Below, one piece after another: positions 35,136 to 36,620 of a DNA stretch of 36,620 bases; within the stretch, counting starts at the first letter, position 1, and each line of letters opens with the position of its first letter. Under the pieces are notes generated by a model. That model was not told the DNA's origin. It worked only from the letters and a program-made list of their open reading frames with translations, and ran no database searches. A program made the translations under genes and the position numbers. Source of the DNA: an uncultured Candidatus Saccharibacteria bacterium. Lineage in GTDB: Bacteria > Patescibacteriota > Saccharimonadia > Saccharimonadales > Saccharimonadaceae. The stretch is from positions 2,403 through 39,022 of the forward strand of contig CAZUSB010000003.1 in NCBI GenBank assembly GCA_964622895.1. The letters are read 5' to 3'.

Positions 35136-36542
35136 CTAAAGATTTTTTTCAGAGCTCAAACGCCTTTTTGGCAATTTATTAGATAATGCCACCATGCGCC
35201 TTCTTAATGGTCGGCCAATCATATTTCCTAGGGTAGCGCCCGCTGCAACAGCTATGCCAATGGCAACAGCCCGCATTAAAATAGCTAAACCAGCCATAAA
35301 CTCTGGACTGCCAGCAGCGTTATCAGATACGCCCATTAATCCGTTGTATAAAGAAAGCCCCGGAACCAGCGGCACGATAGCGGCGCTAATAATGGCAACG
35401 GAAGGGAAGTGCCAAAAACGGGAAGTAAAGGTTGCAAGTAGACCAACGACTGTTGCTGCTATAGCGCTTGAGACTACCAGCCCTAAGCCAAAATCCATCA
35501 TTAACTGTAAAATAAAATATGACAAAAAGCCGGCGACACCTGACATTAAGAATGTTAAACGTGGAGCGTAATTACTGGCGGCAAACCCGGAGGCTATAAT
35601 AAATGCGCCTAAATATCTAAGACCTTCATCTGCCAACGGCAGTCTGTCTGGCGTAGCAGGGAAGGCAATACCAAATTTAGCAGCAATAAATAGCCCAATT
35701 AGCACGCCAATAACTACGCCTCCAGTAGCAACCATAACACGCAACAAACGTGCATTTGCCGTAACGTAGTATTCGTCTATTGCATCCTGAAATGCTCCAA
35801 CTATCATCATTCCTGCAACTAGCATAACTATACCGCCTATTAACATTAGCGTTGGATTCATATTTAAAGAAAATTGCACATTCAGCCAAACCGTTAAAGC
35901 AGCTACCAACGTAATACATAAAGAAACCAAAATTTGTATGTAAAAAGTTGCTAGGCCCTTGCGAGACAAAAAGTCTATTAGCCATGACGTAACCATGCCC
36001 ATCAGAAAAGCAAGAAATGTCATTAATGGAGTGCCGGCATACAGAACAACTACGCCGGCGCTAATTCCCGCAGCCATTATATGACGCAACCAACGCGGAT
36101 AAGGCTTAGACTCTCGTACGATTCTGTCCAGTTCTTTCTCTGCATCCGACAAGCGAATTTTATGATCTCTAATTTTTAAAGCTAAATTTTGCAAGGCCTG
36201 AACTCTTTTATAGTCCGTGTCTCTATCGTCTATGGTGCGAATAAGAGTTAACGGCTCACGATCGTTACCCCTATCTTGAGAAACGGTAATTAGTGTAGAA
36301 CTAATGTCTATATGAACTTTTCTTTTGCAGTAAGTGTTTGTAATACCCAAACACATATGCACGGCATCGCTTGCGGCCACGCCCATAGAGGCAAGCTGGT
36401 CTGTCATACTCATTGCCAACCTTAATGCACGCATGTTTGGCGTTAAGCTTTCTTCAATTTGCTCAATATCTAATGTTTCTTGAATATCTTGCTGCACATG
36501 CTCTATGTATTTCAACAATCTAATAGGTAGGCGAATCTTCAT
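35136..36542 (-). CDS. Threonine/serine exporter family protein (ThrE; DUF1212 + DUF3815 fusion)
   Basis: 468 aa. A soluble N-terminal ThrE domain (ALRLAMSMTDQLASMGVAASDAVHM) is followed by about 10 TMs. Confidence 0.8.
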   Translation of the reverse strand: MKIRLPIRLLKYIEHVQQDIQETLDIEQIEESLTPNMRALRLAMSMTDQLASMGVAASDAVHMCLGITNTYCKRKVHIDISSTLITVSQDRGNDREPLTLIRTIDDRDTDYKRVQALQNLALKIRDHKIRLSDAEKELDRIVRESKPYPRWLRHIMAAGISAGVVVLYAGTPLMTFLAFLMGMVTSWLIDFLSRKGLATFYIQILVSLCITLVAALTVWLNVQFSLNMNPTLMLIGGIVMLVAGMMIVGAFQDAIDEYYVTANARLLRVMVATGGVVIGVLIGLFIAAKFGIAFPATPDRLPLADEGLRYLGAFIIASGFAASNYAPRLTFLMSGVAGFLSYFILQLMMDFGLGLVVSSAIAATVVGLLATFTSRFWHFPSVAIISAAIVPLVPGLSLYNGLMGVSDNAAGSPEFMAGLAILMRAVAIGIAVAAGATLGNMIGRPLRRRMVALSNKLPKRRLSSEKNL

Positions 36543-36548
36543 GCTTCT

Positions 36549-36554
36549 ATTATA
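36549..36554 (-). promoter_or_regulatory. -10 TATAAT (minus strand) 6 nt before the ThrE-family ATG (leaderless-type geometry)
   Basis: The reverse complement reads cggcTATAATagaagcATG. It has no SD and no TGn extension. Confidence 0.45.
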
Positions 36555-36606
36555 GCCGTTTTAAACATAAGATGATACAATTTATTATATTAACGAAGGA
36601 GATGCA

Positions 36607-36620
36607 ATGTCAGAAAAAAA
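36607..36620 (+). CDS. 5' end of an unidentified CDS running off the window
   Basis: An AAGGAG SD (36596-36601) lies 5 nt before ATG 36607 (MSEK...). Only 4 codons are visible. Confidence 0.3.

Overview
The window is AT-rich and very compact, and reads in the standard genetic code. Many intergenic gaps are under 60 nt and several gene pairs have 1-nt stop/start overlaps. It is core chromosome, not an accessory island. I support about 42 CDS.

Gene content, in order:
- tgt, a small kinase/metallopeptidase pair and a PAS histidine kinase.
- The secE-nusG-rplK-rplA-(dcd)-rplJ-rplL cluster.
- A replication/recombination block: hypothetical, dnaX, dnaB, GT-C membrane glycosyltransferase, ybaB, recR, nrnA, cysS.
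- An AI-2E transporter and an OmpR-type two-component system.
- A GreA-family factor, a P-type ATPase and a MacB-type ABC pair.
- A complete F1Fo ATP synthase operon (atpBEFHAGDC, minus strand).
- An MFS exporter, a PH-like/PNPOx-like fusion protein and a ThrE-family exporter.

By eye I found no rRNA, tRNA, CRISPR array, transposase, integrase, phage gene or recognisable defence/toxin cassette. The reduced protein sizes, gene order and compactness fit a small-genome bacterium such as Patescibacteria/CPR (Saccharibacteria-like). That placement is inference only.

I found no obvious multi-gene novel system. The signals most worth follow-up are:
1. A recurrent extended -10 promoter (TGnTATAAT) sits 6-7 nt before ATG codons, implying many leaderless mRNAs.
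2. dnaX carries a canonical E. coli-like -1 frameshift cassette (AGGAG, 11 nt, A_AAA_AAG, -1 stop after 3 codons) at the linker before the tau-specific C-terminal domain.
3. A self-contained promoter-SD-46-aa TM peptide-terminator unit lies between nusG and rplK, with a possible 3'-overlapping antisense transcript.
4. The rplJ leader is structured, with a three-way junction, a UUCG hairpin and a terminator/antiterminator repeat.
5. Several core proteins are atypical. L1 carries a 112-aa HeH-like extension, RecR lacks 3 of 4 zinc-finger cysteines, ATP synthase delta is truncated, and dcd is embedded in the r-protein operon.
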